Positions 62,431 through 64,000 of a stretch of 64,000 bases of DNA are shown piece after piece. Source of the stretch: Takakia lepidozioides (lineage: Eukaryota > Plantae > Bryophyta). Numbering within the stretch: position 1 is the stretch's first letter; each line of letters begins with the position of its first letter. The notes beneath the pieces were generated by a model. The model was not told the DNA's origin, made no database searches, and worked only from the letters and a program-made list of their open reading frames with translations. The stretch is from positions 27,900,001-27,964,000 of the forward strand of contig CM060734.1 in NCBI GenBank assembly GCA_030704615.1. Direction: 5' to 3'. Both the position numbers and the translations under genes were made by a program.

Positions 62431-64000
62431 TTGAGATCAGGGAGTAAATCACCCATACCGGAAGAGTTAGAGTTGGATACTATACCTTCCTTTTCTTTGC
62501 AAGAAAGATTAAGGGATTTGGCAGGGGAAGAAGATCAAACACGAGGTGAAAGATCTGAGGTGCATCCTTGGATAAAAGATTTAACAGAAATCTTTGATAA
62601 GAGTTGGCATGGAATACCAAGAGTAGGAACTCCAGTTTCTGAAACTAAAGATGAGGTGGCAGAGCCAACGGAGAGTTCAAACTCTCCAACACTATTACAA
62701 AACAGTTACATGAGTGAAGAAGAAGAAGCCCAAGGGCAGAACTTGGAAGATGAAAACAGAGAGAAGAAATTGGAAGATGAGGAGTATGAAGAAGTAGACC
62801 CAGCAGCTGAGGTTGAGACTACAACCAGGACATCCCAACCCGTTGGACCTGGATCAAGTGGAGCACTTGGATCACAGGCCAACGAAGGTGTCGGCTTAGA
62901 GGGATCAGGCGGAAGACCTGGATCTGGCTCTGGGGGGACAGGGAGTGTGGAAAGTAGTGCAACAGAGGCTGGGAATACTGTGAATATAGTAAGGCCAGGA
63001 GCAGGAAGTGCTCAGGGGCCAGTACTTGGTAGAAGAACCACCACAACTACTAGAGGTCCTCGAGGACCAGTATCAGCCCAAGGGCCAACACCTGCAGGAG
63101 GGCAGGGGGTAGGGCACAGATGGCGTTACAACCAACACGGGCAAAACCACCTTTTCCAATATATTCAGGAAAAGGGGATCCTGATGTACACATTAGCCAA
63201 TTCGAGCACATGTGTATAGTGAACAATGAGAATGGCGATGATGCCAAGATGAGACTGTTTTTGTGTTCACTTATAAAGAAAGCCAGTGAATGGTATGCAA
63301 GATTCCCTGATAATCATTTCCTAACCTGGAATGGCTTGAGTACACCGTTCCGAAATAGGTTCAGGACTAGTAAAACTGAGGATGAAGTGTATGGAAGTTT
63401 ACAACAGTTGAAGCAAAATAAGCATGAAATTGTTGAAGAGTATATGGAGAAGATGGAGCTGATGATGAAAAAGCTGGCAGCTGTACCAGCACCAGGGCTA
63501 CAAAAGGCTTGGTTTGTGAATGGACTAAGACCAGAGCTGCAAAAGAAAGTGGACATGTTACCCCACAATACAGTGGAGGAGGCATTTGAAACAGCAAACA
63601 AAATTGAGCAATTGGGAATGCTTAGGAGAGAGAAAAGAGATGAAGAAGACTCAGAGGATGAGTCAGATGAGGAAGAAGAATTGGAACAGAAGAGGAAGAG
63701 TAAAAAGAAGGAAAAGTTGAAGAGAGAAAATTATTAGAAAAGATTAGAAGAAATCTTGAAAAAGTATGCCACAGAGGCTACAACCCATTGGAGGAAGGGT
63801 GTTTGGTGTGCAAAATGCCAGAATGAAGGCCACACCACCACTGAATGCCACATGAAGGAGAAACACTGCACTATCTATAAAATGGATAACCATTCTACTG
63901 AGAATTGTTACTACAACAGAAGGATAGCAGCAAGAGAACCTAGACAAGTAAGGGTGCATCAAGTGCAGCCCCCCTGTGAGAACATACTTACACGATTTGG
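62431..64000 (+). pseudogene. Retrotransposon gag (frameshifted, runs off the window)
   Basis: FPIYSGKGDPDVHISQFE, LFLCSL.KKASEWY, LKQNKHEIVEEY, WFVNGLRPEL; knuckle WCAKCQNEGHTTTEC near 63805. Confidence 0.9.

Overview
Eukaryotic nuclear DNA, most likely from a land plant (inferred from the intron-containing plant-type CK2 beta gene and the transposon families). Only one intact host gene is visible: casein kinase II beta (25256-28426, 5 coding exons, last intron U12-type). The rest is a nest of decayed transposons. Three different element classes each carry a different methyltransferase-like cargo. (1) A complete 11.5 kb Mutator-like DNA transposon (42752-54281, 10-bp TSD, imperfect TIRs) encodes a GCM-like/DDE/SWIM transposase and a divergently oriented, intron-containing ParB-like + beta-class amino-methyltransferase-like gene, with an intronic array of about 12 palindromes. 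A truncated, diverged relative at 9445-13790 carries the same gene and its own palindrome array with the same CGTCAACG core. (2) A LINE family appears to have ORF2 = RT - chromodomain - PCIF1/Dam-like (NPP) methyltransferase - RNase H, reconstructed from fragments. (3) A Ty3/Gypsy element has a DNMT3-like C5 methyltransferase between protease and RT. Two of these elements are broken by internal inversions (about 3137-5785 and about 50059-51886). Also present: a Copia remnant, two further Gypsy remnants with LTRs, a CACTA transposase fragment and an orphan asparagine synthetase exon. All domain calls were made by eye from motifs; no searches were run.
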